Assembly: GCF_055900595.2 (NCBI RefSeq)
Contig: NZ_CM148325.1
DNA length: 64,000 bases
Direction: 5' to 3' (one strand)
Shown: piece by piece, positions 1-16,876 of the stretch
Layout of the letters: each line of letters begins with the position of its first letter
Numbering within the stretch: the stretch's first letter is position 1
Notes under the pieces: model-generated
The model's database searches: none
The model's input: only the letters and a program-made list of their open reading frames with translations
Told to the model about the DNA's origin: nothing
Translations under genes and position numbers: made by a program

Positions 1-808
1 GTGGATCAATCTCTCCAGGCGTTATCAGCGCGGGTAAACCCAACACGATGACAATATTAAAAATGTTTGCGCCAATGATATTCCCGACAGCAATGTCGTT
101 TTCACCTTTGCGAACCCCCGCGATTGCGGTTGCCAGTTCTGGCAGACTGGTTCCGATAGCGATTGCCGTCAGACCCATCGTCAACTCGCTGATGGCAAAG
201 TAATTCGCCAGCACCGTGGCGTTATCAACCACCATCCGCGTGGCCACTGGCATGATGATCAGCGCAATGCCGAGCCATAAAAACGCGACGGGCAATCCGC
301 CTTCACGCGGCAGCTCTGCAAGCTGCTCTCTGGTCAGGCTGTCAGTCCCCTGACGTTCAGCCAGACGTGCAAGTTTAACAATGAACAGCAGCCATAGCAC
401 AGCCAGAAAGAGGAGAAAGATACCATCGCTGCGACTAAGTTGTCCGTCATAGAGTACGGAACCGGCCACCACACTGACCAACAACATTAAGGGTAATTCG
501 CGGCGCAGAACATCGGAATGGACGGTAAAAGGACGTACCAGCGCAGCCAGACCGAGGATCAGCAAAATATTGATAATGTTTGATCCGAGGGCTACACCAA
601 CGGCTAAATCGCGTTGTTCGTGCAGTGATGCGGCAAGCGAAACGATGATTTCTGGTAACGATGTGCCAATACTGACCACCGTCATGCCGATGATCAGTGG
701 CGGTATGCCAAAGGATCGGCAAAGAATGGACGCGGCAAATACCAGGCGGTCGGCACTGTAAACGACCAAAAGTAAACCAACAATTAACAGTGCCGTAGCT
801 AAAAGCAT
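1..808 (-). CDS. yrbG: Inner-membrane Ca2+/Na+ antiporter-family protein YrbG, N-terminal part (3' end lies beyond window start)
   Basis: Reverse-strand ATG at 808 gives MLLATALLIV...; open frame runs to the window edge; located upstream of mlaF as in E. coli. Confidence 0.8.
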   Translation of the reverse strand, partial: MLLATALLIVGLLLVVYSADRLVFAASILCRSFGIPPLIIGMTVVSIGTSLPEIIVSLAASLHEQRDLAVGVALGSNIINILLILGLAALVRPFTVHSDVLRRELPLMLLVSVVAGSVLYDGQLSRSDGIFLLFLAVLWLLFIVKLARLAERQGTDSLTREQLAELPREGGLPVAFLWLGIALIIMPVATRMVVDNATVLANYFAISELTMGLTAIAIGTSLPELATAIAGVRKGENDIAVGNIIGANIFNIVIVLGLPALITPGEIDP

Positions 809-1017
809 CTAACGTCCTTTCTTCAGGTATACTCGCCGGTCCGCTGAAGATTTTCAGAAAGCCGTAACGGATTCTTAATTTTGACTTTATGCGGCTAAAA
901 AGTAAAACAAATGCCAGCTTTCGCTAACCACGGCGGGTAATATTCTGTAAATATGTTGGGTTCAAGGTTAAATTGAGCGCCATGCTTAGAAAATCAACGC
1001 AAGACGAAGGGTGAATT

Positions 1018-2617
<1,600 letters not shown>

Positions 2618-2621
2618 GTTC

Positions 2622-3173
2622 ATGCAAACGAAAAAAAATGAAATTTGGGTGGGTATCTTTTTATTAGCAGCACTGCTGGCGGCGCTGTTTGTTTGCCTGA
2701 AGGCGGCGAACGTGACGTCCATACGTACTGAACCGACCTATACGCTTTATGCGACGTTCGATAACATTGGCGGCCTGAAAGCGCGCTCTCCGGTCAGCAT
2801 TGGTGGCGTTGTTGTGGGCCGGGTGGCGGATATTACGCTGGACCCGAAAACCTATCTGCCACGCGTAACGCTGGAAATTGAACAACGTTATAACCACATT
2901 CCTGATACCAGTTCGCTGAGCATCCGTACTTCCGGCCTGCTGGGGGAACAATATCTGGCATTAAACGTCGGTTTTGAAGACCCGGAACTGGGGACTGCTA
3001 TCCTGAAGGATGGCGATACAATCCAGGACACTAAGTCTGCGATGGTGCTGGAAGATCTCATTGGTCAGTTCCTTTACGGTAGTAAAGGCGATGACAATAA
3101 GAATAGTGGCGATGCGCCAGCTGCTGCGCCAGGTAATAATGAAACCACTGAACCTGTGGGTACAACGAAATAA
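2622..3173 (+). CDS. mlaD: MCE-domain periplasmic substrate-binding protein MlaD
   Basis: ATG at 2622 gives MQTKKNEIWVG..., 183 aa; ORF-track start 2607 is an upstream extension. Confidence 0.9.
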   Translation: MQTKKNEIWVGIFLLAALLAALFVCLKAANVTSIRTEPTYTLYATFDNIGGLKARSPVSIGGVVVGRVADITLDPKTYLPRVTLEIEQRYNHIPDTSSLSIRTSGLLGEQYLALNVGFEDPELGTAILKDGDTIQDTKSAMVLEDLIGQFLYGSKGDDNKNSGDAPAAAPGNNETTEPVGTTK

Positions 3174-3826
<653 letters not shown>

Positions 3827-3827
<1 letters not shown>

Positions 3828-4120
3828 TGAGCGAGTCACTGAGCTGGATGCAGACGGGTGACACGCTGGCGTTATCCGGAGAGCTGGATCAGGACGTTCT
3901 GCTACCGCTTTGGGAAATGCGTGAGGAGGCGGTGAAGGGGATTACCTGCATCGATCTTAGCCGTGTATCCCGCGTTGATACAGGTGGACTGGCGCTGCTG
4001 CTCCATCTTATCGATCTGGCGAAAAAGCAGGGCAACAATGTGACGCTTCAGGGGGTAAACGACAAAGTGTATACCCTGGCGAAATTGTATAATTTGCCTG
4101 CTGATGTTCTGCCTCGTTAA
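3827..4120 (+). CDS. mlaB: STAS-domain protein MlaB
   Basis: ATG overlaps mlaC stop (TAATG); 97 aa MSESLSWMQ...; ORF-track start 3731 is an in-frame extension inside mlaC. Confidence 0.9.
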
Positions 4121-4279
4121 ATTTTTTCAGGCCGGATAAGGCGTTAACCGCCTGTCCGGCAAACCTGCCTGCAAGTTGAGCCTTGTCTGATTTATCAGCG
4201 AGGCTTTTTGCTTATTTATGCCAGCGCAACTTTGCTCTAAGATGTTTCGCTGGTTTATTAACTGATGATTGAAGATCCC

Positions 4280-4534
4280 ATGGAAAATAATGAAATTCAG
4301 AGCGTGTTGATGAACGCTCTCTCCCTCCAGGAAGTCCACGTTTCCGGCGATGGCAGCCACTTTCAGGTTATTGCCGTGGGTGAGTTGTTTGACGGCATGA
4401 GTCGGGTTAAAAAACAGCAGACGGTCTATGGCCCGCTGATGGAATATATTGCGGATAACCGCATTCATGCTGTGTCGATCAAAGCGTATACCCCTGCGGA
4501 GTGGGCGCGCGATCGCAAACTGAACGGCTTTTGA
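4280..4534 (+). CDS. ibaG: BolA-family acid stress protein IbaG
   Basis: ATG at 4280 gives MENNEIQSV..., 84 aa. Confidence 0.85.
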
Positions 4535-4588
4535 GCTATGGGCGATTCGCCGGTAGCGGATATGAATTGTTAACTGAGAACAAACTAA

Positions 4589-5848
<1,260 letters not shown>

Positions 5849-5895
5849 TCGTCCGAGAGCTGGCAGCCCCGTTCGCGGGGCTACCGCCAGACCAC

Positions 5896-6174
5896 TCATT
5901 TTTTCGGTTTAGTGTAGCTACGCATCAACTGCGTTCTGTCGATAAACTCATGGGTCTGCGGATCATGGTAGCGTGATGGCCAGATAACCCAGGGGTCAGT
6001 TCCCAGGGCTTTCGCAATAATCATCTCTCCTTTCGGCCATGGGCGCGATAATGCGTTCGCCAGCGTTGAGGAACTCAAACCATTTCTACGAGATTCCGCC
6101 GCCATTGACGTTCCTTTCTTGCGTAAACCCGCAATGATGTCAGCGGGATGCCAGTCAATGAAATTACTTTCCAT
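5896..6174 (-). CDS. sfsB: Ner-like DNA-binding regulator SfsB (Nlp)
   Basis: 92 aa ORF convergent with murA. Confidence 0.85.
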   Translation of the reverse strand: MESNFIDWHPADIIAGLRKKGTSMAAESRRNGLSSSTLANALSRPWPKGEMIIAKALGTDPWVIWPSRYHDPQTHEFIDRTQLMRSYTKPKK

Positions 6175-6402
6175 CTTTCCTCACTCCTTAAGTTAGTCGC
6201 TTTCATTCAGAACACTTCTTCTGTCGAGCATCACTATACTCCTGATGGCCTATTGCTCTAAAAAGTTCCTGTAAAGAGTGTGAATATTCAGAATATATAA
6301 AGATACATACACTGGTTTTTCAGGCGTTATCACGCTGAATAAGTGTTTTTATGGAACTTATTGGAATCATCCCGCGCACTGCGCGGGATGAGGGGGAGGG
6401 GA

Positions 6403-7374
6403 TTAACGATCGCGTTGAACAGCGATGTGCGCGAGGCCGATGAGTGCTTCTCGCCACGGGGTGTCCGGGAGCACCTGTAACGCTGCGATGGCTTTGTCTG
6501 CTTCTTCCTCGGCACGCTGACGCGTCCATTCAAGAGAGCCACAAGCGTTCATTGCTTCCAGAACCGGTTCCAGAAGATGACGACCGTTACCCTGTTCGAT
6601 GGCGGTACGAATCATCTGTGCCTGTTCTGGTGTGCCATGATGCATTGCATGCAGCAGCGGCAGCGTCGGTTTACCTTCGTTCAGATCGTCGCCGACGTTT
6701 TTACCTAACTGTTCGCCATCGGCATTGTAATCGAGTAAATCGTCGATCAACTGGAAAGCGGTGCCGAGATAACGCCCATAATCCTGCAGGCCTTTCTCCT
6801 CCTCCGGCGTACAGCCAGCCAGAATCCCGGAACACTGCGCGGCAGCCTCAAACAGACGCGCGGTCTTGCTGTAGATAACGCGCATGTAGTTTTCTTCGGT
6901 GATGTCCGGGTCGTTAACGTTCATCAGTTGCAGAACTTCACCTTCTGCGATGACGTTTACGGCTTCAGACATCACTTCCAGCACTTTGAGCGAACCGAGG
7001 CTGGTCATCATCTGGAACGCGCGGGTATAAATAAAATCGCCTACCAGCACGCTGGCGGCATTGCCAAATGCGGCGTTGGCGGTAGCTTTACCCCTGCGCA
7101 TATCTGATTCATCCACAACGTCGTCGTGCAGCAGAGTCGCCGTGTGGATAAACTCGATCAGGGCAGCAATGGTGACATGCGCATTTCCCTCATAGCCAAC
7201 AGCTCGTGCAGCCAGTACAGCAATCATCGGACGAATACGTTTACCGCCGCCGCTGACGATGTAATAGCCTAACTGATTGATCAGTTGGACGTCTGAATTA
7301 AGCTGCTCAAGGATTGCCGCATTAACACCCGCCATATCTTGCGCGGTTAACTCATTGATTTTTTCTAAATTCAT
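6403..7374 (-). CDS. ispB: Octaprenyl diphosphate synthase
   Basis: 323 aa ORF with polyprenyl synthase DDxxD motifs (LLHDDVVDESD, FQLIDDLLDY). Confidence 0.95.
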   Translation of the reverse strand: MNLEKINELTAQDMAGVNAAILEQLNSDVQLINQLGYYIVSGGGKRIRPMIAVLAARAVGYEGNAHVTIAALIEFIHTATLLHDDVVDESDMRRGKATANAAFGNAASVLVGDFIYTRAFQMMTSLGSLKVLEVMSEAVNVIAEGEVLQLMNVNDPDITEENYMRVIYSKTARLFEAAAQCSGILAGCTPEEEKGLQDYGRYLGTAFQLIDDLLDYNADGEQLGKNVGDDLNEGKPTLPLLHAMHHGTPEQAQMIRTAIEQGNGRHLLEPVLEAMNACGSLEWTRQRAEEEADKAIAALQVLPDTPWREALIGLAHIAVQRDR

Positions 7375-7596
7375 CGCAAAAGCCGGGCTTTTCGCCCCGA
7401 TTACCTTACTGTGAACAAAGGCAACTTAGGGTTTATGGTTAGGAATATAGGGTGATTGTACTGAAAAAATGGCACAGATAAACGTTACCGTACAAGTTGT
7501 GTTTTTTTTCTTCGTGTATTGACTGTAGCACTTGTCAAAGGCGTGCGTTTTGCGTAATATTCGCGCCCTATTGTGAATATTTATAGCGCACTCTGA

Positions 7597-8222
<626 letters not shown>

Positions 8223-8248
8223 GTTTTTCGCGTCCCGGTAACGGATGA

Positions 8249-8278
8249 AAGCCCCGCAACACGTTGCGGGGCTTTTTA
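8249..8278 (+). terminator. Intrinsic terminator-like hairpin after rpmA
   Basis: GC stem gccccgcaac/gttgcggggc followed by a T-run. Confidence 0.55.
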
Positions 8279-8348
8279 CATTCGATAACCGGTAAAAATT
8301 CGCATCGTGCGGCGTTAACTCGCAAATGCGTTTTGTAGGGAATACGGT

Positions 8349-9314
8349 ATGAAGCAGCAGGCAGGCATTGGCATTCTTTTGGCGCTCACCACAGCAATTT
8401 GCTGGGGGGCGTTGCCAATTGCAATGAAGCAGGTGCTGGAGGTGATGGAACCTCCGACAATCGTGTTTTACCGTTTCTTGATGGCGAGTATTGGCCTTGG
8501 TGCCATTCTTGCGGTGAAGAAGAGGTTGCCGCCATTACGCGTGTTTCGTAAGCCACGCTGGTTGATTTTGTTAGCAGTGGCGACCGCCGGGCTGTTTGGG
8601 AACTTCATCCTGTTCAGCTCATCTTTGCAATACCTGAGTCCGACCGCTTCGCAGGTGATTGGGCAACTCTCGCCAGTTGGCATGATGGTTGCCAGCGTAT
8701 TTATCCTGAAAGAGAAAATGCGCAGCACTCAGGTTGTAGGGGCATTGATGCTCCTGAGCGGCCTGGTGATGTTTTTTAACACCAGTCTGGTCGAGATATT
8801 TACAAAGCTCACCGATTACACCTGGGGAGTTATTTTTGGGGTCGGTGCGGCGACGGTTTGGGTGAGTTATGGCGTGGCGCAAAAGGTTTTATTACGTCGG
8901 CTGGCCTCACCGCAGATCCTGTTTTTATTGTACACTTTATGTACAATTGCGCTCTTCCCTCTGGCAAATCCTGGAGTGATAGCGCAGCTTAGCCACTGGC
9001 AGCTCGCATGTTTAATTTTTTGCGGACTGAATACATTGGTAGGATATGGCGCCCTGGCGGAAGCGATGGCTCGCTGGCAGGCAGCGCAGGTGAGCGCGAT
9101 CATCACGCTCACCCCACTGTTTACGCTGTTTTTTTCAGATCTTTTATCACTGGCCTGGCCCGATTTCTTCGCCAGACCGATGTTAAACCTTTTAGGTTAT
9201 CTCGGTGCGTTTGTCGTGGTTGCGGGCGCGATGTATTCCGCCATTGGTCATCGTATTTGGGGCGGTTTACGTAAGCATACAACGGTGGTATCGCAACCCC
9301 GCGCAGGCGAATGA
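8349..9314 (+). CDS. yhbE: EamA/DMT-family inner membrane transporter YhbE
   Basis: 321 aa polytopic ORF between rpmA and obgE. Confidence 0.9.
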   Translation: MKQQAGIGILLALTTAICWGALPIAMKQVLEVMEPPTIVFYRFLMASIGLGAILAVKKRLPPLRVFRKPRWLILLAVATAGLFGNFILFSSSLQYLSPTASQVIGQLSPVGMMVASVFILKEKMRSTQVVGALMLLSGLVMFFNTSLVEIFTKLTDYTWGVIFGVGAATVWVSYGVAQKVLLRRLASPQILFLLYTLCTIALFPLANPGVIAQLSHWQLACLIFCGLNTLVGYGALAEAMARWQAAQVSAIITLTPLFTLFFSDLLSLAWPDFFARPMLNLLGYLGAFVVVAGAMYSAIGHRIWGGLRKHTTVVSQPRAGE

Positions 9315-10502
<1,188 letters not shown>

Positions 10503-10507
10503 TCAGC

Positions 10508-10540
10508 TAAACCCCGGCCATGTGCCGGGGTTTCTCTTTA
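10508..10540. terminator. Bidirectional terminator-like hairpin between convergent obgE and dacB
   Basis: aaaccccggcc-atgt-gccggggttt palindrome flanked by A-run and T-run. Confidence 0.5.
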
Positions 10541-10542
10541 GA

Positions 10543-11976
10543 CTAATTATTCTGATAAATATCTTTATACAAACGGCTTTCAAAACGCACTAACGGAATG
10601 CGGCGATTACGCTGATCCGCGGGTTCTACCGCATAGCCAGAAAGATATTGTACAAACGCCATTCGTTGCCCGCTCGCTGTGGTAATGAATCCCGCCAGGT
10701 TATATACCCCCTGCAAAGAGCCGGTTTTTGCTGAGACCTTTCCGTCCACGCCAGCCTGATGCAGGCCCGCACGGTACTGCAAAGAGCCGTCATAGCCTGC
10801 CAGCGGCAGCATAGAGATAAAGTTAAGTTCATTGTCATGTTGGGCAATGTATTGCAGCACCTGCATCATGGTGGCAGGTGCAATCAGGTTATGCCGCGAA
10901 AGCCCTGAACCATCGGCAATAATCGTGTTACCAATATCGATACCAGCTTGCTGACGCAGGATCTGACGTACGGCATCCGATCCGGCCCGCCATGTTCCGG
11001 GCACATTGAAGCGCGCATGGCCTATCATGCGGAAAACCGTATCGGCAATCATGTTGTCTGACTTTTTCAGCATAATCTTAAGCAGATCGTGCAGCGGGGC
11101 CGACTGTTTACTGGCAACTACCGTTCCGGGTTCATTAACCTGAGTCTGGCGCAGTAGTGTTCCGCTCCAGGTGATACCTGCCTGTTTTAACTCATCTTTC
11201 AGAATTGCACCGGCATAGCTGGCTCCATCCTGTATGGCAAAAGCCAACGGGAGCGGCTCAGAACGTTGTGGCAGGCATCCGGTCAGCGTAAAGCGGTTCA
11301 GGTCGCCTGGCACCACATCCAGCTCGCAATATTGCGCTTCGGCAGAACCACGGGGGAGGGTGCGTACCTGGCTGAACATCGTAACAGGGTAATAAGATGC
11401 CACGCGTATAAAGGCCATATCACCGGGTTTTTGGGCACTGTAGAGCGAGACGGAGAAACAGTTGCGGTCAACTATGGCGGCGGCAGGCGGAGCGCTAAAG
11501 CATTGTGTCATGTCATTCCACGGCCAGCCGGGGGCTTTATCGTGGCTGGCAAAAATGGAGGTGTCTATCAACACATTACCATCAATTTGGTTGACGCCAG
11601 ATTTTTTCAAAGTCGTGACCATATTGCGAATATCCTGACGTTTTAACGTCGGATCGGCACCAAATCGCGCCACTAAGTCACCCTTGAGTACGCCGTTTTC
11701 CACATTGCCTTTGGTTTCAAGCGTAGTAGTAAAACGAAAATCGGGGCCGAGTTGAATCAACGCCGCCAGCGCAGTAATCACTTTCTGCGTACTGGCGGGC
11801 AGCGCCATCTGCTGACTGTGGTAATCAATAGCGGGGGCCGATGCGCCGACTTTTTGCACCATCAGGGCAAGGTTGGCACCAGCGGGGAGTTGAGTAATGT
11901 ACTCATCAACATTCGCGGCCTGAACACTGAACGCTATACAGCTGGTCAATCCGATGATAAATCTGGAAAATCGCAT
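10543..11976 (-). CDS. dacB: D-alanyl-D-alanine carboxypeptidase/endopeptidase PBP4
   Basis: 477 aa ORF with signal peptide and STQK active-site motif. Confidence 0.95.
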   Translation of the reverse strand: MRFSRFIIGLTSCIAFSVQAANVDEYITQLPAGANLALMVQKVGASAPAIDYHSQQMALPASTQKVITALAALIQLGPDFRFTTTLETKGNVENGVLKGDLVARFGADPTLKRQDIRNMVTTLKKSGVNQIDGNVLIDTSIFASHDKAPGWPWNDMTQCFSAPPAAAIVDRNCFSVSLYSAQKPGDMAFIRVASYYPVTMFSQVRTLPRGSAEAQYCELDVVPGDLNRFTLTGCLPQRSEPLPLAFAIQDGASYAGAILKDELKQAGITWSGTLLRQTQVNEPGTVVASKQSAPLHDLLKIMLKKSDNMIADTVFRMIGHARFNVPGTWRAGSDAVRQILRQQAGIDIGNTIIADGSGLSRHNLIAPATMMQVLQYIAQHDNELNFISMLPLAGYDGSLQYRAGLHQAGVDGKVSAKTGSLQGVYNLAGFITTASGQRMAFVQYLSGYAVEPADQRNRRIPLVRFESRLYKDIYQNN

Positions 11977-12094
11977 AATCTCGCGCTAACAACCTGGAAT
12001 CGAGCCGTCATACTACGGCGCAACGCCCTATAAAGTAAACGATGACCCTGCGGGAACTTCAGGGTAAAATGACTATCAAAATGTGAATTGCAGC

Positions 12095-12128
12095 TGACCT
12101 GGGACTTGTACCCGGGTCGGTATTTTTT
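12095..12128 (+). promoter_or_regulatory. Terminator-like hairpin plus T-run inside the greA leader (candidate GraL-type attenuator)
   Basis: gacctggg...cccgggtc stem followed by ttttttt, about 100 bp upstream of greA start. Confidence 0.4.
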
Positions 12129-12223
12129 TGCTTCTGGTCCCGGTGAGGAGTTATGCCGGGCAGGCCGAACAGCCGGGGTGGGTGAAGACTTGCCCCATCA
12201 GGAATATTCAAGAGGTATAACAA

Positions 12224-12700
<477 letters not shown>

Positions 12701-12744
12701 GAATTACCCAATACTCAAGATGTTGATGTATTGTAAAGAAAGGA

Positions 12745-12769
12745 AAAAGGCCGCTATGCGGCCTTTTAT
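12745..12769. terminator. Terminator-like hairpin between convergent greA and yhbY
   Basis: aaaaaggccgc-tatg-cggccttttat. Confidence 0.5.
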
Positions 12770-12855
12770 CAACGAACAGAGCGTGGCATTTTGCTCTCCT
12801 GCCTGCGGAAAACCCCTCGTTTTACACAGCAAATGTGTGTAACTTTAGGATAATC

Positions 12856-13149
12856 TTAGCGTGGCAACGAGATTTTACGTTCTTTAGTTGGGCGATAAAG
12901 CACCAGCGTTTTACCGATGACCTGTACATTACAGGCGCCGGTTTCGCGCACGATAGCTTCCACGATCAAGGTTTTAGTTTCGCGATCTTCGGTGGCGATT
13001 TTCACCTTGATGAGTTCATGGTGCTCTAACGCTTGTTCAATCTCGGCCAGCACCCCTTCGGTCAAACCATTACTGCCAAGCAGAACAACTGGCTTGAGCG
13101 GATGTGCCAGACCTTTCAGGTGCTGTTTTTGTTTAGTACTCAGATTCAT
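12856..13149 (-). CDS. yhbY: Ribosome assembly RNA-binding protein YhbY (CRS1/YhbY domain)
   Basis: 97 aa ORF divergent from rlmE. Confidence 0.9.
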   Translation of the reverse strand: MNLSTKQKQHLKGLAHPLKPVVLLGSNGLTEGVLAEIEQALEHHELIKVKIATEDRETKTLIVEAIVRETGACNVQVIGKTLVLYRPTKERKISLPR

Positions 13150-13172
13150 CGTATTTTTTGCTTACGTTGGGA

Positions 13173-13200
13173 TTGAAAACGGGTCATTCTACCGCCATCT
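13173..13200 (+). promoter_or_regulatory. Candidate sigma-32 heat-shock promoter of rlmE-ftsH
   Basis: TTGAAA at 13173-13178 and CCGCCATCT at 13192-13200, resembling the CTTGAAA / CCCCATNT heat-shock consensus. Confidence 0.4.
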
Positions 13201-13274
13201 CCCATATATCACCAAATAGGCGCGTAAAAATTTACGCAATTGGTTACGATGAGTTATCCCCATGGGAAAGTTAA

Positions 13275-13904
13275 ATGACAGGTAAGAAGCGTTCTGCCAG
13301 CTCCAGCCGCTGGCTTCAGGAACACTTTAGCGATAAATATGTTCAACAGGCACAGAAAAAGGGGTTACGTTCCCGTGCCTGGTTTAAACTTGATGAAATA
13401 CAGCAAAGTGACAAACTCTTTAAACCGGGAATGACGGTTGTCGACCTTGGTGCTGCTCCGGGTGGTTGGTCACAATATGTGGTCACCCAAATTGGCGGCA
13501 AAGGCCGCATCATCGCTTGCGATCTTTTACCTATGGATCCTATCGTTGGTGTGGACTTTCTTCAGGGCGATTTTCGTGATGAACTGGTGATGAAAGCACT
13601 GCTGGAGCGCGTTGGCGACAGCAAAGTCCAGGTTGTCATGTCCGATATGGCACCAAACATGAGCGGAACACCGGCGGTGGATATCCCCCGTGCCATGTAT
13701 CTGGTGGAACTGGCGTTAGAAATGTGTCGTGATGTATTAGCGCCAGGTGGCAGTTTTGTAGTGAAGGTGTTCCAGGGCGAAGGTTTCGATGAGTATCTAA
13801 GGGAAATTCGCTCCCTGTTTACGAAGGTCAAAGTTCGTAAGCCGGACTCTTCTCGTGCACGTTCGCGGGAAGTGTATATTGTAGCGACCGGGCGTAAACC
13901 CTAA
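13275..13904 (+). CDS. rlmE: 23S rRNA U2552 2'-O-methyltransferase RlmE (FtsJ/RrmJ)
   Basis: 209 aa ORF with SAM-binding [13 protein letters not shown] motif. Confidence 0.95.
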
Positions 13905-14003
13905 CCGGGAGATTTCAGACGAAAGTTTGAAAGATGCTGGATATAGAGTATCCTGACGCTGTTTTTAACACAGTTGTAATAAGAGGTTAATCCCTTGAGT
14001 GAC

Positions 14004-15938
14004 ATGGCGAAAAACCTAATACTCTGGCTGGTCATTGCCGTTGTGCTGATGTCAGTATTCCAGAGCTTTGGGCCCAGCGAGTCTAATGGCCGTAAGGTGG
14101 ATTACTCTACCTTCCTACAAGAGGTCAATAACGACCAGGTTCGTGAAGCGCGTATCAACGGACGTGAAATCAACGTTACCAAGAAAGATAGTAACCGTTA
14201 TACCACTTACATTCCGGTTCAGGATCCGAAATTACTGGATAACCTGTTGACCAAGAACGTCAAGGTTGTCGGTGAACCGCCTGAAGAACCAAGCCTGCTG
14301 GCTTCTATCTTCATCTCCTGGTTCCCGATGCTGTTGCTGATTGGTGTCTGGATCTTCTTCATGCGTCAAATGCAGGGCGGCGGTGGCAAAGGTGCCATGT
14401 CGTTCGGTAAGAGCAAAGCGCGCATGCTGACGGAAGATCAGATCAAAACGACCTTTGCTGACGTTGCGGGCTGCGACGAAGCAAAAGAAGAAGTTGCTGA
14501 ACTGGTTGAGTATCTGCGCGAGCCGAGCCGCTTCCAGAAACTCGGCGGTAAGATCCCGAAAGGCGTCCTGATGGTCGGTCCTCCGGGTACCGGTAAAACG
14601 CTGCTGGCGAAAGCGATTGCAGGCGAAGCGAAAGTTCCGTTCTTTACTATCTCCGGTTCTGACTTCGTAGAAATGTTCGTCGGTGTGGGTGCATCCCGTG
14701 TTCGTGACATGTTCGAACAGGCGAAGAAAGCGGCTCCGTGCATCATCTTTATCGATGAAATCGACGCCGTAGGCCGCCAGCGTGGCGCAGGTCTGGGCGG
14801 TGGTCACGATGAACGTGAACAGACTCTGAACCAGATGCTGGTTGAGATGGATGGCTTCGAAGGTAACGAAGGTATCATCGTTATCGCTGCGACTAACCGT
14901 CCGGACGTTCTCGACCCGGCGCTGCTGCGTCCTGGCCGTTTCGACCGTCAGGTTGTGGTTGGCTTGCCAGATGTTCGCGGTCGTGAGCAGATTCTGAAAG
15001 TTCACATGCGTCGCGTACCATTGGCACCCGATATCGACGCGGCAATCATTGCCCGTGGTACTCCAGGTTTCTCCGGTGCTGACCTGGCGAACCTGGTGAA
15101 CGAAGCGGCACTGTTCGCTGCTCGTGGCAACAAACGTGTTGTGTCGATGGTTGAGTTCGAGAAAGCGAAAGACAAAATCATGATGGGTGCGGAACGTCGC
15201 TCCATGGTGATGACGGAAGCGCAGAAAGAATCGACTGCTTACCACGAAGCAGGTCACGCGATTATCGGTCGCCTGGTGCCGGAACACGATCCGGTGCACA
15301 AAGTAACGATTATCCCGCGCGGTCGTGCGCTGGGTGTGACCTTCTTCTTGCCTGAGGGCGACGCAATCAGCGCCAGCCGTCAGAAACTGGAAAGCCAGAT
15401 TTCTACGCTGTACGGCGGTCGTCTGGCAGAAGAGATCATCTACGGGCCGGAACATGTTTCTACCGGGGCGTCCAACGATATTAAAGTTGCGACCAACCTG
15501 GCGCGTAACATGGTTACCCAGTGGGGCTTCTCTGAGAAACTCGGTCCGCTGCTGTATGCGGAAGAAGAAGGTGAAGTGTTCCTCGGTCGTAGCGTAGCGA
15601 AAGCGAAACATATGTCCGATGAAACGGCACGTATCATCGACCAGGAAGTGAAAGCACTGATCGAGCGTAACTATAATCGTGCGCGTCAGCTTCTGACCGA
15701 CAATATGGATATTCTGCATGCGATGAAAGATGCTCTCATGAAATATGAGACTATCGACGCACCGCAGATTGATGACCTGATGGCACGTCGCGATGTACGT
15801 CCGCCAGCGGGCTGGGAAGAACCAGGCGCTTCTAACAATTCTGGCGACAATGGTAGTCCAAAGGCTCCGCGTCCGGTTGATGAACCGCGTACGCCGAACC
15901 CGGGTAACACCATGTCAGAGCAGTTAGGCGACAAGTAA
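14004..15938 (+). CDS. ftsH: ATP-dependent zinc metalloprotease FtsH
   Basis: ATG at 14004 gives [15 protein letters not shown]..., 644 aa; Walker A GPPGTGKT and zinc motif HEAGH; ORF-track start 13995 is a TTG extension. Confidence 0.95.
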
Positions 15939-15970
15939 GTTCCCGCATTAGATGACTGTATTTGTACCGA

Positions 15971-16000
15971 AAACCCCGGGGCGTGCTCCGGGGTTTTTTC
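15971..16000 (+). terminator. Intrinsic terminator-like hairpin after ftsH
   Basis: aaaaccccggggcgtgctccggggtttttt. Confidence 0.6.
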
Positions 16001-16027
16001 TTATCAATTCATACCAGGGATAACATC

Positions 16028-16876
16028 ATGAAACTCTTTGCCCAGGGCACTTCACTGGACCTTAGCCATCCTCACGTAATGGGGATCCTCAACGTTACGC
16101 CTGATTCCTTTTCGGATGGCGGCACGCATAACTCGCTGATAGATGCGGTGAAACATGCGAATCTGATGATTAACGCTGGTGCGACGATCATTGACGTTGG
16201 TGGCGAGTCCACGCGCCCAGGGGCGGCGGAAGTTAGCGTTGAAGAAGAGTTGCAACGTGTTATTCCTGTGGTTGAGGCAATTGCTCAACGCTTCGAAGTC
16301 TGGATCTCGGTAGATACTTCCAAACCAGAAGTCATCCGTGAGTCAGCGAAAGTTGGTGCTCACATTATTAACGATATTCGCTCTCTTTCCGAACCTGGCG
16401 CTCTGGAAGCTGCTGCAGAAACCGGTTTGCCAGTTTGCCTGATGCATATGCAGGGAAATCCAAAAACCATGCAGGAAGCCCCGAAGTATGATGATGTCTT
16501 TGCGGAAGTGAATCGCTACTTTATTGAGCAGATAGCTCGTTGTGAGCAGGCGGGTATCGCAAAAGAGAAATTGTTGCTCGACCCCGGATTCGGTTTCGGT
16601 AAAAATCTCTCCCATAACTATTCATTACTGGCGCGCCTGGCTGAATTTCACCATTTCAACCTGCCGCTGTTGGTGGGTATGTCACGAAAATCGATGATTG
16701 GGCAATTGCTGAACGTGGGGCCGTCCGAGCGCCTGAGCGGTAGTTTGGCCTGTGCGGTCATTGCCGCAATGCAAGGTGCGCACATCATTCGTGTTCATGA
16801 CGTCAAAGAAACCGTAGAAGCGATGCGGGTGGTGGAAGCCACTCTGTCTGCAAAGGAAAACAAACGCTATGAGTAA
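16028..16876 (+). CDS. folP: Dihydropteroate synthase
   Basis: ATG at 16028 gives [32 protein letters not shown]..., 282 aa; ORF-track start 15962 runs through the ftsH terminator. Confidence 0.9.
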
